Below are positions 43,264-55,091 of a DNA stretch of 64,000 nucleotides, piece after piece. Under the pieces are notes generated by a model. That model saw nothing but the letters and a program-made list of their open reading frames with translations, made no database searches and was not told where the DNA came from. Each line of letters begins with the position of its first letter. Positions within the stretch are counted from its first letter, which is position 1. Both the position numbers and the translations under genes were made by a program. The stretch covers positions 13,047 to 77,046 of the forward strand of contig JAWLBL010000024.1 of the NCBI GenBank assembly GCA_041687695.1, in the 5' to 3' direction. This DNA comes from Myxococcota bacterium. Its GTDB lineage: Bacteria; Myxococcota_A; UBA9042; PHBI01; JAWLBL01.

Positions 43264-44670
43264 TCAGGGGCTCAGGGCCCGCGCGTTGCGCGCCTCCTCG
43301 CGGGCCAGCGCCTGGCGGGCGCGCTCCAGCTGTCTGGCGCGCGATTGGCCTTCGGGCGCGTAGCGTTCCGCCCGCTCGTACGCCGCCACGCTCGCCTCGT
43401 AGTCGCCGACGCGCATCGCGTCGCGTCCCACGAAGCGGTAGTAGTCGAAGCGGACCGTCGAGCGCTCGAGGCCCTGGGTCAGCGTCACCGCCACCAGAGC
43501 CGCGGCCAAGGCTGCGCTGGCGGCGGCCAGCAAGCGGTCGCGGGCGAGCTGCAGCATCATCACGAGGGCCATCCAGGCGGCGAAGAGATCCAGCGCGTCG
43601 GCGGCCCCCGGCAGGTCGGCGGCTCGCCCGGCCCGGTGGAGCAGCAGGCGCGCCACCACCGCGGCCCCCAGCACCAGGGCCCAGCGCCACGAGGGGGTCA
43701 GGCGCCGCAGCGGGCGCCGCACGCGGGCCATCAGGCGGTCCAACAGGCGAGCGGGCGGCTGGAGCACGAGCTGGGTCGGCAGGGTCAGGAGCCGCGGCGG
43801 CGCGAGCACGACGATCGCGAGGCCGACGGCGTAGCCGCTGAACCAGCCGATACGCAGGCCCAGGCGCTCGGCGCCCATGTGGAAGGCGACCACTGTGGCC
43901 AGCGTGAGGGCACGCAGCACGCGCAGCGACAGGCGGTGGGGCATCGGGCGCCACAGCGACGCCAGGTAGCCGAAGGCGATGAGCACCTGGGCCGCCACCA
44001 CGCCGCGGGCGAGCCAGGTGGCCAGCTGGTCCGGGGCGAGGGCGAGGGCCCGAGTCAGCTCGGTCAAAGGCTCGGCGAGCGGCCCGGTCTCGATGAGCCG
44101 GGTCAGGACCTGGCCGTCGCGCCAGCCCTCCTCGAGCTTGGTGACCGCCGTGAAGGCGTACAGGACCACCAGCATGGCGGTGAGCAGGGCGAGTCCCCAC
44201 CCGCTGACGCAGGGCACTTCGGGGCGGCGGAGCGGACCGCGCAGGACGTCCCGGAGCGTCGGCCGGGGCCCGAGCGCCGCCGCGGCCAGCACCAGCGACA
44301 GGAAGTAGTGGTGCTGGTAGCTGTCGAGCAGGCTCATCGCCCACGACCAGGTGTAGGTGACCAGCAGGAGCAGCAGGCTGGCGCGTCCGCCGACCCCGAG
44401 CGCGGCCGCCAGGCCGAGGGCGCCGACCAGGGTCAGCAGCCCGACGTACAGCGCGGGTGATGGGAGCGGCTGCAGCGCCTCGAGCCAGGCGAAGTGGGCG
44501 ACGTTGAAGCCGCCGACCCCGTAGCGGCCGCCGTGCGGGATCATGAGCAGCCAGGCGTCGAGCGCGACGGCCAGCGGGACCAGGCGCTGCAGCCACAGGA
44601 CGCGAACCGCGGGCACGGGCCCGAACCAGACGCGATCCCAGGGGCCGAGACCGGCGCGTTCGGGGCTCAT
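43264..44670 (-). CDS. HTTM-domain (VKGC-like) membrane protein with a C-terminal TPR-like segment
   Basis: SYQHHYF, VLYAFTAVTKLEEGWRDG and FHMG...IGWFS. Confidence 0.75.
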   Translation of the reverse strand: MSPERAGLGPWDRVWFGPVPAVRVLWLQRLVPLAVALDAWLLMIPHGGRYGVGGFNVAHFAWLEALQPLPSPALYVGLLTLVGALGLAAALGVGGRASLLLLLVTYTWSWAMSLLDSYQHHYFLSLVLAAAALGPRPTLRDVLRGPLRRPEVPCVSGWGLALLTAMLVVLYAFTAVTKLEEGWRDGQVLTRLIETGPLAEPLTELTRALALAPDQLATWLARGVVAAQVLIAFGYLASLWRPMPHRLSLRVLRALTLATVVAFHMGAERLGLRIGWFSGYAVGLAIVVLAPPRLLTLPTQLVLQPPARLLDRLMARVRRPLRRLTPSWRWALVLGAAVVARLLLHRAGRAADLPGAADALDLFAAWMALVMMLQLARDRLLAAASAALAAALVAVTLTQGLERSTVRFDYYRFVGRDAMRVGDYEASVAAYERAERYAPEGQSRARQLERARQALAREEARNARALSP

Positions 44671-45308
44671 CGGGACGCCTCGGCGAGTCGGTCGGCCCAT
44701 GGGGCGCAGGCGCGGGCATGGACGACCAGGGGCACCTGCTCGCCGTCGGCGCGGACGCACTTGCGCTTCAACTCGACCGAGACCACCTCGGGCGCGTCGC
44801 AGCGGTCGGTCAGGAAGGCGTCGACCACCGGCGTGCGCCCGAGCCGCAGCGCGCCCGCCCAGGCCGGGTGGAGCGCCCGGCCGAGGCGGACCTGCCGCGC
44901 AGCGCCGGTCTCGAGCCGCTCGACCGCGACGGCCTGGCACTGCCAGGCGCGCCGCGCCGAGAACATGCGCCACGCGAAGCGCTCGTCCGAGGGGTCGCGC
45001 CCGCCGGCGTAGTAGTGGAGCGGGCCGGCGAGCTGCAGGCCGAGCAGGATGACGATGGCGGCCGTCGCGGCGAGGCGCGGCCAGCCCGCGCGCGGCGGCG
45101 CGCCCTCAGAGGGTGTTTGCGAACCATGGATTTCGTCGGTTTCGAGCCGAGGTCGGAGCAGATCCGGTTCCCGGAGACCGAGGCGAACTGTTAGTTCGCC
45201 GCAGCGTCTCCGGGGGCCGGAGCTGCCCGACACGACGCGGGGCTCGGGGCCGCAGGTCCCGTGGAATAGCTGGTTGGCAAACACCCTCTCAAAGGTCGGG
45301 ATGGACAT
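44667..45308 (-). CDS. Small membrane-anchored protein with FAWRMF motif, carrying an in-frame 61-aa MITE-derived insert
   Basis: ATG 45308 with a GGAGG RBS, one TM helix, DERFAWRMFS. Overlaps both neighbours. Confidence 0.7.
   Translation of the reverse strand: MSIPTFERVFANQLFHGTCGPEPRVVSGSSGPRRRCGELTVRLGLREPDLLRPRLETDEIHGSQTPSEGAPPRAGWPRLAATAAIVILLGLQLAGPLHYYAGGRDPSDERFAWRMFSARRAWQCQAVAVERLETGAARQVRLGRALHPAWAGALRLGRTPVVDAFLTDRCDAPEVVSVELKRKCVRADGEQVPLVVHARACAPWADRLAEASR
45109..45288. mobile_element. MITE-like element 4 (180 bp) with TCA target-site duplication
   Basis: GAGGGTGTTTGCGAACCA ... TGGTTGGCAAACACCCTC (17/18 inverted match). TCA at 45106 and 45289. Confidence 0.9.
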
Positions 45309-46548
45309 CGGCGCCTCCCAGCACCCGGAGCGCCTCGAGCTCGGCCGCGAGGGCGGCCTGGCGGAGATCGACGTGCCGCTGCGTGAGCTCGGCGCGGGTG
45401 CGGACCGTGTCGAGGAGATCGAGCACGCCGCTCTGGCCGGCGCGCCAGGCCTCGCGCGACAGGGCGTCGAGCGCCGGGAGATCGGGCAGGACCTCGCGCT
45501 CGAAGGCGTCGAGCGCGCGCCGGCGGGCCGCGAGCGTCCGGGCCGCGGCGACGACCTGGGCGCGCAGCGCGGTCTCGAGCGCCTCGCGGGTGGCGGTGGC
45601 GGCCAGCAGCTCGAGGCGCGCGCGCTCGAGGCCCGCCTGGTTGCGGTCGAAGAGCGGCACGTCGAGCGTCAGCCCGGCGTAGAGGTTCGCGCTGCCGGGA
45701 TCGGTGGTCACCATCGGGCCGAGGGCGATGGCCGGGGTGGGCCAGGCTTCGCGGCGTTCGACGTCGATGGCGCGGCGGGCGGCGGCCTCGCGCAGGCGCG
45801 CCACCTCGAGCGCCGGCGAGCCGGCCTGGACGCGCGCCCAGAGCGCGTCGGGGTCCGTGGGCACCTCGGCGAGGGCCAGGGTGGCCGGCGCGCGTGGCGC
45901 CCAGTCGGCGCGGCCGAGGGTGGCGGCGAGAAAAGCGGAGGCGGCGTCGCGCTGCGCGGTCAGCTCGGCGAGGTCGGCCTCGGCCTGGGCCAGCTCGGAG
46001 GTGAGACGCAGGACGTCGTAGCGGCTGGCGCTGCCGGCCGTGGCGCGCTCGGTGACGACGCCGAGCAGGTGGCGGACGGCCTCGGTGGTGGTCGACTGCG
46101 CGGCCAGGCGGGCCTCGGCGGCCTGCAGCGCGACCAGCGCGTCGCGCGCCCGGGCCAGGACGTCGCCGAAGGTGAGGGCGACCTCGCGCTCGGCGGCGGC
46201 GATGCGGGCGCGGGCCAGGCGCTCGCGGGCGGCGCGCTGGCCGCCGATGAGCAGTGGCTGCTCGACGATGAGCTGGTGCTGGGTGCCGTCGACGGTGTTC
46301 TCGCCGGCGAGCAGGTGGAGGGTGCCGTAGCCCACCGAGGGGTTGGGCAGGCGGCGCGCTTCGGTCAGCTCGGCGCGCGACACGGCGGCCTGGGCCCCGG
46401 CCGCGGCCAGCTCGGGGCTGGCGGCGCGGACGAGGGCGGGCAGGTCGTCCCAGGTGACGAGCTCGGGCAGCGCTGGCGGCGGCGGGGCCGCGGCTGCGGG
46501 CGAGGGCAGGGCGAGGAGGAGCACCGCCAGGGGGACGAGGCGCTTCAT
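45289..46548 (-). CDS. TolC/CzcC family outer membrane efflux protein
   Basis: Signal peptide, LPNPSV, EQPLLIGGQR and VPLFDRNQ. Confidence 0.9.
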   Translation of the reverse strand: MKRLVPLAVLLLALPSPAAAAPPPPALPELVTWDDLPALVRAASPELAAAGAQAAVSRAELTEARRLPNPSVGYGTLHLLAGENTVDGTQHQLIVEQPLLIGGQRAARERLARARIAAAEREVALTFGDVLARARDALVALQAAEARLAAQSTTTEAVRHLLGVVTERATAGSASRYDVLRLTSELAQAEADLAELTAQRDAASAFLAATLGRADWAPRAPATLALAEVPTDPDALWARVQAGSPALEVARLREAAARRAIDVERREAWPTPAIALGPMVTTDPGSANLYAGLTLDVPLFDRNQAGLERARLELLAATATREALETALRAQVVAAARTLAARRRALDAFEREVLPDLPALDALSREAWRAGQSGVLDLLDTVRTRAELTQRHVDLRQAALAAELEALRVLGGADVHPDL

Positions 46549-49500
46549 GCGGCCACCTCCCCGTGCGGCTCGAGGGGCGGGGCGAGGCCCTCCGGCGCGT
46601 CGTCCTCGGCGTCCGGCAGGGGCATGCGCCTGGGCGAGATGGCCTGGTAGACGACCGGCAGCAGCCACAGGGCGACCAGCAGCGTCGTGACCATGCCGCC
46701 GACGATGACCATGGCGAAGGGGCGCTGGGTCTCGCTGCCGACGCCGGTGGAGACCGCCATGGGGAGCAGGCCGAGCATGGCCAGGACGGCGGCCAGCAGC
46801 ACGGCGCGGAAGCGCTCGGCCGCGCCCTCGACGATGGCGTCGCGGCGTTCGGCGCCCGCGCGGCGGCGGTCGTCGATGGCGCTGACCACGAGCAGGCCGG
46901 CGAGCGAGACCTGGCCGAGCAGGGCGATGAAGCCGATGGCGGCGCTGACCGACAGGGGGATGTCGGCGAGGTGGAGGGCGAAGACGCCGCCGGTCATGGC
47001 GAAGGGGGCGGTGAGGAGGATGGCGGCGGCGCTGCGGAACAGGCCGAGGGCGCCGACGAGCAGGAGCGTCACGATGACCAGGGCGATGGGGACGATGATG
47101 GACAGGCGCTCCATGGCGCGCGCCTGGTTCTCGAACTCGCCGCCCCAGACCAGGTAGGTGCCGTCGGGCGGGCGGACCTTGGCCTCGACGACCTCCTGGG
47201 CCTCGGCGACGACCGAGCCCATGTCGCGGCCTTCGATGTTGAACTTGAGGGCGAGGGTGCGGCTGTTGGCCTCGCGGTTGATGGAGGCGCGGCCGGCGGC
47301 GACCGAGGTCTCGGCGACCTGGCCCATGGGGACGCGGGCGCCGTTGGGGGCGGCGATGGGGATCTGGGCGATGCGGCCGACGTCGGCGCGCTCGTGGGCG
47401 GGCAGCCGGACGCGCACCGGGATGGCGCGCTCGCCCGACCAGAGCTCGGTGACGACGCGCCCGGCGAGGGCGGTCTCGACCACGGCCTGGGCGCTGGCGA
47501 CGCTGATGCCTTCGCGGGCGAGGGCCGCGCGGTTCAGGGTCAGCTGCAGCTGCGGCACCGAGGCGTCGCGGTAGAGATCCAGGTCGACGATGCCGTCGAC
47601 GGGCAGCAGCGCCGCCTTGATCTCCTCGAGGGTCGAGCGCATCGCCTCGAGGTCCTGCCCGAAGATCTTGACGACGACCTTGCCGCGGACGCCGCTGATG
47701 GCCTCCTCGACGTTGTCCTTGATGGGCTGCGAGAAGTTGAAGGCGATGCCGGGGATCTCGGAGAGGCTGGCGCGGATCTCGTCGACCAGCCGCTCGGTGG
47801 TCATGCCCGCGCGCCACTGGGCCTCGGGGGCGAGGCGGACGAAGCACTCGGACATGTTCACGCCCTCGTTGTCGGTGCCGTCCTCGGGGCGGCCCTGCTC
47901 GTTGAGGACGCCCACCACCTCGGGGAAGGCGCCGATGCGGCGGCGCACCTCGGCCATGAGGTCCTGGCTGGTGTCCAGATCGATGCTGGCCGGCATCTCG
48001 ACGAAGATGACGAAGTCGCCCTCGTCGAGCTCGGGCAGGAACTCGCTGCCGAGCTGTCGGGCCGAGTGGGTCGCGCCCACGACCAGGCCCACGGCGACCA
48101 GGACCGGGACGAGGCGCCAGCGCAGGGCGCCGTCGACGCTGCGGCGGTAGGCGGCGCGCAGGGCGCCGATCCAGCGCGGCTCGGTGGGCAGGCGGCGGCC
48201 CGGGCGCATGGCCATGGCGCACAGGGCGGGGACGATGGTGAGGGCGAAGACCAGGGCGCCGACGAGGGCGAAGCTGTAGGTGAGGGCGAGGGGGCGGAAG
48301 ATGCGGCCCTCGACCTGCTCGAGGGTGAAGACCGGGATGAGGGCGGCGATGATGATGGCCATCGCGTACAGGGTCGGGCGCGAGACGTCGAAGGCCGCCT
48401 TGGTGACCAGGCGCAGCATCTGGCGGCGGGTGCGCGGCTGCTGGTGCTGCGCCTGGTGCAGGACGTTCTCGACGAGGACCACGGCGCCGTCGACCAGGAT
48501 GCCGAAGTCGATGGCGCCCATCGAGATGAGGTTGGCGGGCAGGCCCATGGCGTAAAGGCCGGTGAAGGCGGCCAGGAGCGACAGCGGGATGACGGTGGCG
48601 ACGATGAGCGAGCCCGAGAGGCTGCGCAGGAAGAGCCAGACCACCGAGACGATGAGCAGGAAGCCGTGCAGCAGGTTGTGGTGGACCGTGTCGAGGGTCT
48701 GCGAGACCAGCAGGCTCCGGTCGTAGAAGGGGACGACGCGCATCCCTTCGGGCAGGGCGCGGGTGTTCAGGGTGTCGACGGTGGCGTGGACGCCCGCGAG
48801 CACGTCGCTGGGGTTTTCGCCGCGGCGCAGCAGGACGAAACCCTCGACCGTGTCGCGCTCGGCGCCGAAGCCGACCGCGCCGCGGCGTGGGGTGTGCGAG
48901 CGGACGAGGCGGGCGACGTCGCCGACGGTGACTGGGGAGCCGCCCTCGCTCGACAGGACGACCTCGCGGAGATCGTCCGGGGTGGCGACGTAGCCGACGC
49001 CGCGGATGGCGAGCTCCTGGTCGCCCTGGCGCAGAAAGCCGCCGCCGACGTTCAGGTTGGAGGCCTCGAGGGCGGAGGTCACGTCGTCGAGGGTGAGGTC
49101 GTGGGCGGCGAGGCGGTCGGGGTCGACCTCGACGTGGACCTCCTCGAGGTAGCCGCCGAAGCTGACGACGTCCGCGACGCCGGGGACCTGCTTGAGCAGG
49201 CGCGAGACGGTCGTGTCGAGGGCGGCGCGGCGCTCGAAGAGATCGTGGCGGTCGCTGACGACGCGGAACTGATAGATCTCGCCCAGCGGGGTCGCGTTGG
49301 GGGCCAGGTCGGGGACGACGCCGTCCGGCAGGTCGGCCGTCGCGATGCGCTCGCTGATGAGGGCGCGCGATTTGAAGGCGTCGGCGTCGTCCTGGAAGGT
49401 GAGGGTGACCAGCGACAGGCCGAACAGGCTCTCGCTGCGCAGGCGCGTCATGCCCGGCGTGCCGTTGAGGGCGCGCTCGAGGGGGATGGTCAGCTGGCGC

Positions 49501-49685
49501 TCGATCTCCTCGGGCGCGTAGCCGGGCATCTGGGCGATGACGGTCACCTGGACGTTGGTGACGTCGGGGAACGCCTCGATGGGCGTGCGCAGGTAGGCGT
49601 GGGCGCCGTAGGCGGCGAAGGCGAGGGTGAGGACGATGGCCGCCATGCGGCGGTGGACGCACCAGTCGATGAGCGCTTTGAGCAT
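46545..49685 (-). CDS. CusA/CzcA family heavy-metal RND transporter
   Basis: IEAFPDVT, ANLISMGAIDFG, EFLPELDEG and GSETQRP. 1046 aa. Confidence 0.96.
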   Translation of the reverse strand: MLKALIDWCVHRRMAAIVLTLAFAAYGAHAYLRTPIEAFPDVTNVQVTVIAQMPGYAPEEIERQLTIPLERALNGTPGMTRLRSESLFGLSLVTLTFQDDADAFKSRALISERIATADLPDGVVPDLAPNATPLGEIYQFRVVSDRHDLFERRAALDTTVSRLLKQVPGVADVVSFGGYLEEVHVEVDPDRLAAHDLTLDDVTSALEASNLNVGGGFLRQGDQELAIRGVGYVATPDDLREVVLSSEGGSPVTVGDVARLVRSHTPRRGAVGFGAERDTVEGFVLLRRGENPSDVLAGVHATVDTLNTRALPEGMRVVPFYDRSLLVSQTLDTVHHNLLHGFLLIVSVVWLFLRSLSGSLIVATVIPLSLLAAFTGLYAMGLPANLISMGAIDFGILVDGAVVLVENVLHQAQHQQPRTRRQMLRLVTKAAFDVSRPTLYAMAIIIAALIPVFTLEQVEGRIFRPLALTYSFALVGALVFALTIVPALCAMAMRPGRRLPTEPRWIGALRAAYRRSVDGALRWRLVPVLVAVGLVVGATHSARQLGSEFLPELDEGDFVIFVEMPASIDLDTSQDLMAEVRRRIGAFPEVVGVLNEQGRPEDGTDNEGVNMSECFVRLAPEAQWRAGMTTERLVDEIRASLSEIPGIAFNFSQPIKDNVEEAISGVRGKVVVKIFGQDLEAMRSTLEEIKAALLPVDGIVDLDLYRDASVPQLQLTLNRAALAREGISVASAQAVVETALAGRVVTELWSGERAIPVRVRLPAHERADVGRIAQIPIAAPNGARVPMGQVAETSVAAGRASINREANSRTLALKFNIEGRDMGSVVAEAQEVVEAKVRPPDGTYLVWGGEFENQARAMERLSIIVPIALVIVTLLLVGALGLFRSAAAILLTAPFAMTGGVFALHLADIPLSVSAAIGFIALLGQVSLAGLLVVSAIDDRRRAGAERRDAIVEGAAERFRAVLLAAVLAMLGLLPMAVSTGVGSETQRPFAMVIVGGMVTTLLVALWLLPVVYQAISPRRMPLPDAEDDAPEGLAPPLEPHGEVAA

Positions 49686-49695
49686 GGGGCGCGCC

Positions 49696-50847
49696 TCAGA
49701 GCAGCTGGCCGGCGAGGCCGTCGATGAGCAGGGCGCCCTCGACCAGGACCGACTCGCCGGCCGTGAGGCCGCTCAGGACCTGAACGGCGCCGTCGATGAC
49801 CGGCCCGACCTGGACTTCGCGGGCGACGAAGGCGCCGTCCTCGCGCTCGACGTAGACGATGGTCTGGCCATCGCCCTTGACCAGCACCGCCGCCGACGGC
49901 ACCGAGAGCAGGCCCTCCGAGCGCGTGAGCAGCGTCGCCCGGACGTAGGTGCCGGGGCGCACCGCGGGCACCGGCGGGTCCAGGGCGACGAAGACCTCGG
50001 CGCGGCGCTGCCCCGACAGGGTCGAGCCGATGCGCGCCACGCGGCCCGTGACCGGCGCCGCCAGCGAGGCCACCGCGAGCGTCACCTCGGCGCCCTCGGC
50101 GACCAGCGCGAGATCGCGCTCGAAGATGTCCACCACCACGTGGACGTCCGCCGGGTCACCCAGCTCGACCAGCGGGGCGCTCCCCGGGTCGACCGTGGCC
50201 CCCACCGTCGCGCTGCGCGCCAGGACCGTCCCGTCGATGGGCGCCCGGACGGTCACCCGCTCGCCTTCGCCCTCGCCCAGCAGGCTCGCCGTCTGCTCGG
50301 CCCGCCGGAGATCCGCCTGCGCCTCGGCCAGCCGCAGCTCGGCCGCGACCCGGTCGGCCTCGATGCCCACCCCGCGGGCCACCATCGTCCGCTGCCGCCG
50401 CGCCGCATCCCGCGCCGCCGTCACCGCCACCCGCGCCCGCGTCAGCTCGGCCCGCAGCGCGAGCGCCTCCGGGCTCGCGAGCACCGCCAGCGCGTCGCCC
50501 GTCTGCACCCGGTCGCCGACTCTGGCCCGCAGCTCGACCACGCGCCCGGCGATCGGCGCCCCGACCTGCGCCAGCGCGCCGTCTCGGAAGGCGACCCGCC
50601 CCGGCGCCCGGACCGCCCCCGCGTTCGCCCCCGACCGCACGGCCCGCACCTCGACGAAGGCCCGCGTCGCCGCTTGGACGTGGATCGACCCGTCCGCCTC
50701 GATCCGAGGCCCGACCGCCTCGGTCACGGCGCCGCCCGCAGCCGCCTCGCCGCCGGCCTGCGCCGCCGCCTTCTGGACACACCCCGATCCCGCCAGCGCC
50801 GCCAGCACCGCCGCGGCCGCCACCCGGTTCCCAATCACCTGAAACAT
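49696..50847 (-). CDS. RND efflux periplasmic adaptor subunit
   Basis: APIAGRV, VRAPIDGTV, VPSAAV and SGLTAGESV. ATG with a GGAGG RBS. Confidence 0.92.
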   Translation of the reverse strand: MFQVIGNRVAAAAVLAALAGSGCVQKAAAQAGGEAAAGGAVTEAVGPRIEADGSIHVQAATRAFVEVRAVRSGANAGAVRAPGRVAFRDGALAQVGAPIAGRVVELRARVGDRVQTGDALAVLASPEALALRAELTRARVAVTAARDAARRQRTMVARGVGIEADRVAAELRLAEAQADLRRAEQTASLLGEGEGERVTVRAPIDGTVLARSATVGATVDPGSAPLVELGDPADVHVVVDIFERDLALVAEGAEVTLAVASLAAPVTGRVARIGSTLSGQRRAEVFVALDPPVPAVRPGTYVRATLLTRSEGLLSVPSAAVLVKGDGQTIVYVEREDGAFVAREVQVGPVIDGAVQVLSGLTAGESVLVEGALLIDGLAGQLL

Positions 50848-50902
50848 GGCTGTCCTCCCGGCGCGCCGCGCACCACGCGGCGGTCGCGCCGGGGCCTCCC
50901 TC

Positions 50903-50918
50903 ATCAAGACGCGTGCCA
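50903..50918 (-). promoter_or_regulatory. Sigma54 -24/-12 promoter of the efflux operon
   Basis: TGGCAC-GCGTC-TTGAT (consensus TGGCAC-N5-TTGCW). The adjacent divergent regulator is a sigma54 activator. Confidence 0.65.
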
Positions 50919-51088
50919 TCCGCCGGTCAGCGCCCGATGAGCCAGACACCATGCGGGCCTTCGGCCCATCGGCCCTCCGCGCGCCGGCGCCCCGGTGTGT
51001 GGCGAGATGGTTCATTGTTTGTCGCCAGCGCACATTTTTGCCATGGTCGCGCACGCCTGCCACACCGACCCGGCGGGCGAGGACGGTC

Positions 51089-52562
51089 ATGGGCATCTCG
51101 ACCCGCATGACGGCGCTGACCACCGCGGTGGGGCTCGTGCTCTTCGGCACCTACGGCCTGCTCGCGAGCCGCTCCGAGGAGCGCGAGCTGAACCGGGCCG
51201 CGCTGCGCGAGCTCGAGCTGCTCGGCCGCAGCGCCCAGGAGGCCATCGAGAACGCGCTGCGGGACCGCCAGATCGACGACACACGCGATCTGCTGGCGCG
51301 CCTCGAGACCATCGACCCGACGGTCGACCTGATGATCTTCGACACCGCGCTCGGCCTCGTCGGCGCCTCGCTCGGCAGCCGGCACGACGCCCCGGAGGTG
51401 CGCGCGATGGCGCGGCGCGTCACGGGCGAGCAGGCGCGCGCCTTCGACTGGGTGCCGCCCGACGACCCGGAGGTGCTGCTGGCCGCGTTCCCGCTGACCA
51501 TCGGGGACGACGCGCCGGCCGGGGCGCTCGTCATCTCGCGGCCGCTGACCGAGCTGCGCCAGGATCTCGCGACCACCGAGCGCAACGTCGCGATCTCGGT
51601 CGGCCTCTTCGTCGCCGCCTCGGCCGCGCTCGGGCTGATGCTGGGCACGCTCTACATCGGCCGCCCGCTGGCGCGCATGGCCAACGCGATGCGCCGCGTC
51701 CGCTCGGGCGACCTCGAGTCGGGCCTCACCGTCGAGCGCGACGACGAGGTCGGCGCCGTCGCGCGCGAGTTCAACGGCATGGTCGACGAGCTGCGCGCCA
51801 CGCGGCGCCTGCTCGAGGAGGAGGCGGAGTCGCGCCGACAGCTGCAGCGCGTGCTGCAGGAGGCCGACAAGCTCATCACCATCGGCCAGCTCTCGGCGGG
51901 GCTCGCGCACGAGATCGGCTCGCCCCTGCAGGTCCTCGCCGGGCGCGCCAGGGCCCTCGTGCAGCACCCGGACGACCCCGCGCGCACGCGCCGCAACGCC
52001 GACATCCTGGTCGCCCAGAGCGAGCGCATCCAGCGCATCGTCGAGCAGCTCCTCGAGTTCGCCCGCCGCCGGCCCGCGCGCCTGTCCCGCGTGAGCCTGG
52101 TCGAGCCCGTCCAGGCCGTCATCCACCTGCTGGCCTACGAGGTGCGCCGCCGCGGGCTGCGCGTCGTCGCCGTCGTGACCCCCGACGTCCCGGACGTCGA
52201 GGCCGACCCCGACCAGATCCAGCAGGTCGCGCTGAACCTCATCACCAACGCCATGAACGTCACCCCGGCGGGCGGGACCATCACCGTGCGCCTGTCGCGC
52301 GGCGTGATGCCCGCCTCGGACGCCTCCGCCGGCGCGCCGTCCGCCTGCCTCGAGGTCGTCGACACCGGCCCCGGCATCCCCGAGGCCGCCCGCGAGCGCC
52401 TCTTCGAGCCCTTCTTCACGACGCGCGTCACCGAGGGCGGCACCGGCCTCGGGCTCGCCGTCGTCCGCGGCATCGTCACCGCCCACCGGGGCGCGCTCGT
52501 CGTCGCCTCCTCGGACGCCGGCACGCGCTTCACCATCTCCCTGCCCGCCGCCGAGGTGGACC

Positions 52563-52570
<8 letters not shown>
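51089..52570 (+). CDS. HAMP-domain sensor histidine kinase
   Basis: Two TM helices, HAMP, AHEIGSPL, NLITNA, DTGPGI and GGTGLGL. Confidence 0.94.
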
Positions 52571-53951
<1,381 letters not shown>

Positions 53952-54000
53952 GCGGCGGCCGGCGCCTCGGCGCCGAGGGCCGACGGGTGGGCCGCGAGCT

Positions 54001-54030
54001 TTGACAACGGGGGGCCCGCGTTCGTATAGG
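54001..54030 (+). promoter_or_regulatory. Sigma70-type promoter upstream of lipA
   Basis: TTGACA-N18-TATAGG, followed by a GGAGG RBS. Confidence 0.5.
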
Positions 54031-54059
54031 AGGGGCCCCGCCGCCGCCTGGAGGTCGCG

Positions 54060-55091
54060 ATGAAGTTCCCCATCCTGAACGCCACCTCTAATGATCTTCA
54101 GGCCGCCGAGGCGAGCGCGTCCCAGGCTGGGCCGACGCCGCGCCGGCGAACGCCGGGTGCGCCTCGGGCGCCCAAGCCGCCGTGGCTCAAGGTCAAGGCG
54201 CCGGGCGGGGCGCGCTACCAGGAGATCGTCAAGCGCCTCGAGGGCCTCAAGCTCTACACGGTCTGCCAGGAGGCCCGCTGCCCCAACATCGGCGAGTGCT
54301 GGGGCGGCGGCACGGCCACCATCATGTTGATGGGCGGCACCTGCACCCGCGGCTGCCGCTTCTGCGCCGTCACGACCGGCAAGCCGCCGGTCCTCGACCC
54401 CGACGAGCCGAAGAACGCCGCCGCGGCCGTCGTCGCCATGGGCGTCGACTACATCGTGCTGACCAGCGTCAACCGCGACGACCTGCCCGACGGCGGCGCC
54501 GGCCACTTCGCCGAGTGCGTCCGCGAGTTGAAGCGCCTCGACCCCGAGATCCTGGTCGAGGTCCTCATCCCCGACTTCCAGGGCAACCTCGACGCGGTCG
54601 ACGCCCTCATCGCCTCGGGCCCCGAGGTCATCGCCCACAACGTCGAGACCACCCGCCGCCTCACCCGCCGCGTCCGCGACGTCCGCGCCACCTTCGACCA
54701 GTCGCTCGCGGTGCTGCGCCACATCCACGAGGCTGGCCGCGGCCGGGGCGCCGGCGGCGTCGACGTGCTGGCCAAGACCTCCATCATGGTGGGCCTGGGC
54801 GAGACCGAGGACGAGGTCGTCGAGGCGCTGCGCGAGCTGCGCGCCGTCGGCACCGACGTCGTGACCTTCGGGCAGTACCTGCAGCCCTCGCCCAAGCACC
54901 TGGACGTCGTCGAGTTCGTCACCCCGGCGCAGTTCGACCGCTACGCCGACCTCGCCCGCGAGATGGGCTTCCTCTACGTCGCCTCCGGGCCGCTGGTGCG
55001 CTCGAGCTACCGCGCCGGCGAGTTCTACCTCAAGGCGCACCTCGACGCGCAGCGCGCCGGCCGGGCGCCGGGGGCGGAGGGCCAGGCGTGA
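54060..55091 (+). CDS. lipA: Lipoyl synthase
   Basis: [20 protein letters not shown] and VRSSY. Confidence 0.97.
   Translation: MKFPILNATSNDLQAAEASASQAGPTPRRRTPGAPRAPKPPWLKVKAPGGARYQEIVKRLEGLKLYTVCQEARCPNIGECWGGGTATIMLMGGTCTRGCRFCAVTTGKPPVLDPDEPKNAAAAVVAMGVDYIVLTSVNRDDLPDGGAGHFAECVRELKRLDPEILVEVLIPDFQGNLDAVDALIASGPEVIAHNVETTRRLTRRVRDVRATFDQSLAVLRHIHEAGRGRGAGGVDVLAKTSIMVGLGETEDEVVEALRELRAVGTDVVTFGQYLQPSPKHLDVVEFVTPAQFDRYADLAREMGFLYVASGPLVRSSYRAGEFYLKAHLDAQRAGRAPGAEGQA

Noticed and set aside
45289..49727. Very long alternative ORFs (1457 aa on -, 1054 aa on +) and similar ones over leuS, guaAB and lpdA
   Set aside because: These are shadow frames of high-GC genes. Only their terminal parts (the tolC-like gene, tdk) are real.
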